Assembly (NCBI RefSeq): GCF_001447785.1 | Contig: NW_015174296.1 | Location: 517,862 to 581,861, forward strand | DNA from: Gekko japonicus | Taxonomy: Eukaryota | DNA: 64,000 bases | Direction: 5' to 3' | Translations under genes and position numbers: made by a program | The notes under the pieces: generated by a model | Told to the model about the DNA's origin: nothing | Databases searched by the model: none | What the model saw: the letters and a program-made list of their open reading frames with translations, nothing else | Shown here: positions 63,546 to 64,000 of the stretch, piece by piece | Layout of the letters: every line of letters starts with the position of its first letter | Position numbering within the stretch: position 1 is the stretch's first letter

Positions 63546-63720
63546 GCGGACTTTTATATAGGTTTTGAAATGTAGGTTTTTCAAATATATTTCTGTCTTC
63601 GTTTTTTAAAGTGCACTTTCTAAACCGCTTAGGGTATGGATGTTTTGAAAATCTAAACAAATTAGTCTTAAGAAAGCAAGGTGGTTTACTGTTTTTTTAA
63701 TCACTTTAACATGTAAAGTG

Positions 63721-63955
63721 CAGGGCTTTTTTCTGGGGGAATGCACTGGAAAGGAGTTCTGGATCCTCTTCAAAAAAATTCTTTTTAACAGGGCTTTTTT
63801 TGTAGAAAAAGCCCAGCGGGAACTCATTAGCATAATAGACCACACCCAATAGCATAAACTCATTAGTATATTAGGCCACACCCTAACAGCACAGCTCATT
63901 ATCATATTAGGCCACATCCCATGTTACCAGAAGTGTGGTCATCCAGCCACACCCA
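63721..63955. repeat. CAGGGCTTTTTT-headed repeat with internal CTCATTAGCATA.TAGGCCACACCC units
   Basis: Two CAGGGCTTTTTT starts (63721, 63789) and three similar units of about 35 bp. Confidence 0.5.
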
Positions 63956-64000
63956 TCTTTTGCTTCTTATTCTGTTTACTTTGTTTATTGTCAAAACCCA

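Overview
Vertebrate genomic DNA from a draft assembly with several N gaps. The repeat content (BovB, 5S-headed and tRNA/CORE SINEs, CR1, L2, DIRS, Penelope) points to a squamate reptile, probably a gecko; this is inference. One host gene is clearly recognisable: MACIR (C5orf30) on the + strand, with a CpG-island promoter and non-coding exon 1 at about 24.2-24.9 kb, a single coding exon (CDS 32100-32723) and a 3' UTR to about 34.3 kb. The rest is a dense, often nested set of transposable elements. These include two decayed DIRS1 tyrosine-recombinase retrotransposon 3' ends, CR1/L2/BovB fragments, SINEs, LTRs, Harbinger and hAT MITEs, two non-autonomous Helitron families (one carrying captured SINE and MITE pieces), and Penelope-type termini with hammerhead-ribozyme cores, two of them arranged as long palindromes. 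The most striking object is a TSD-flanked, poly(A)-tailed L1-derived element that encodes only ORF1 (HAL1-like) at 40040-42506. All family names come from my reading of motifs, not from database searches.
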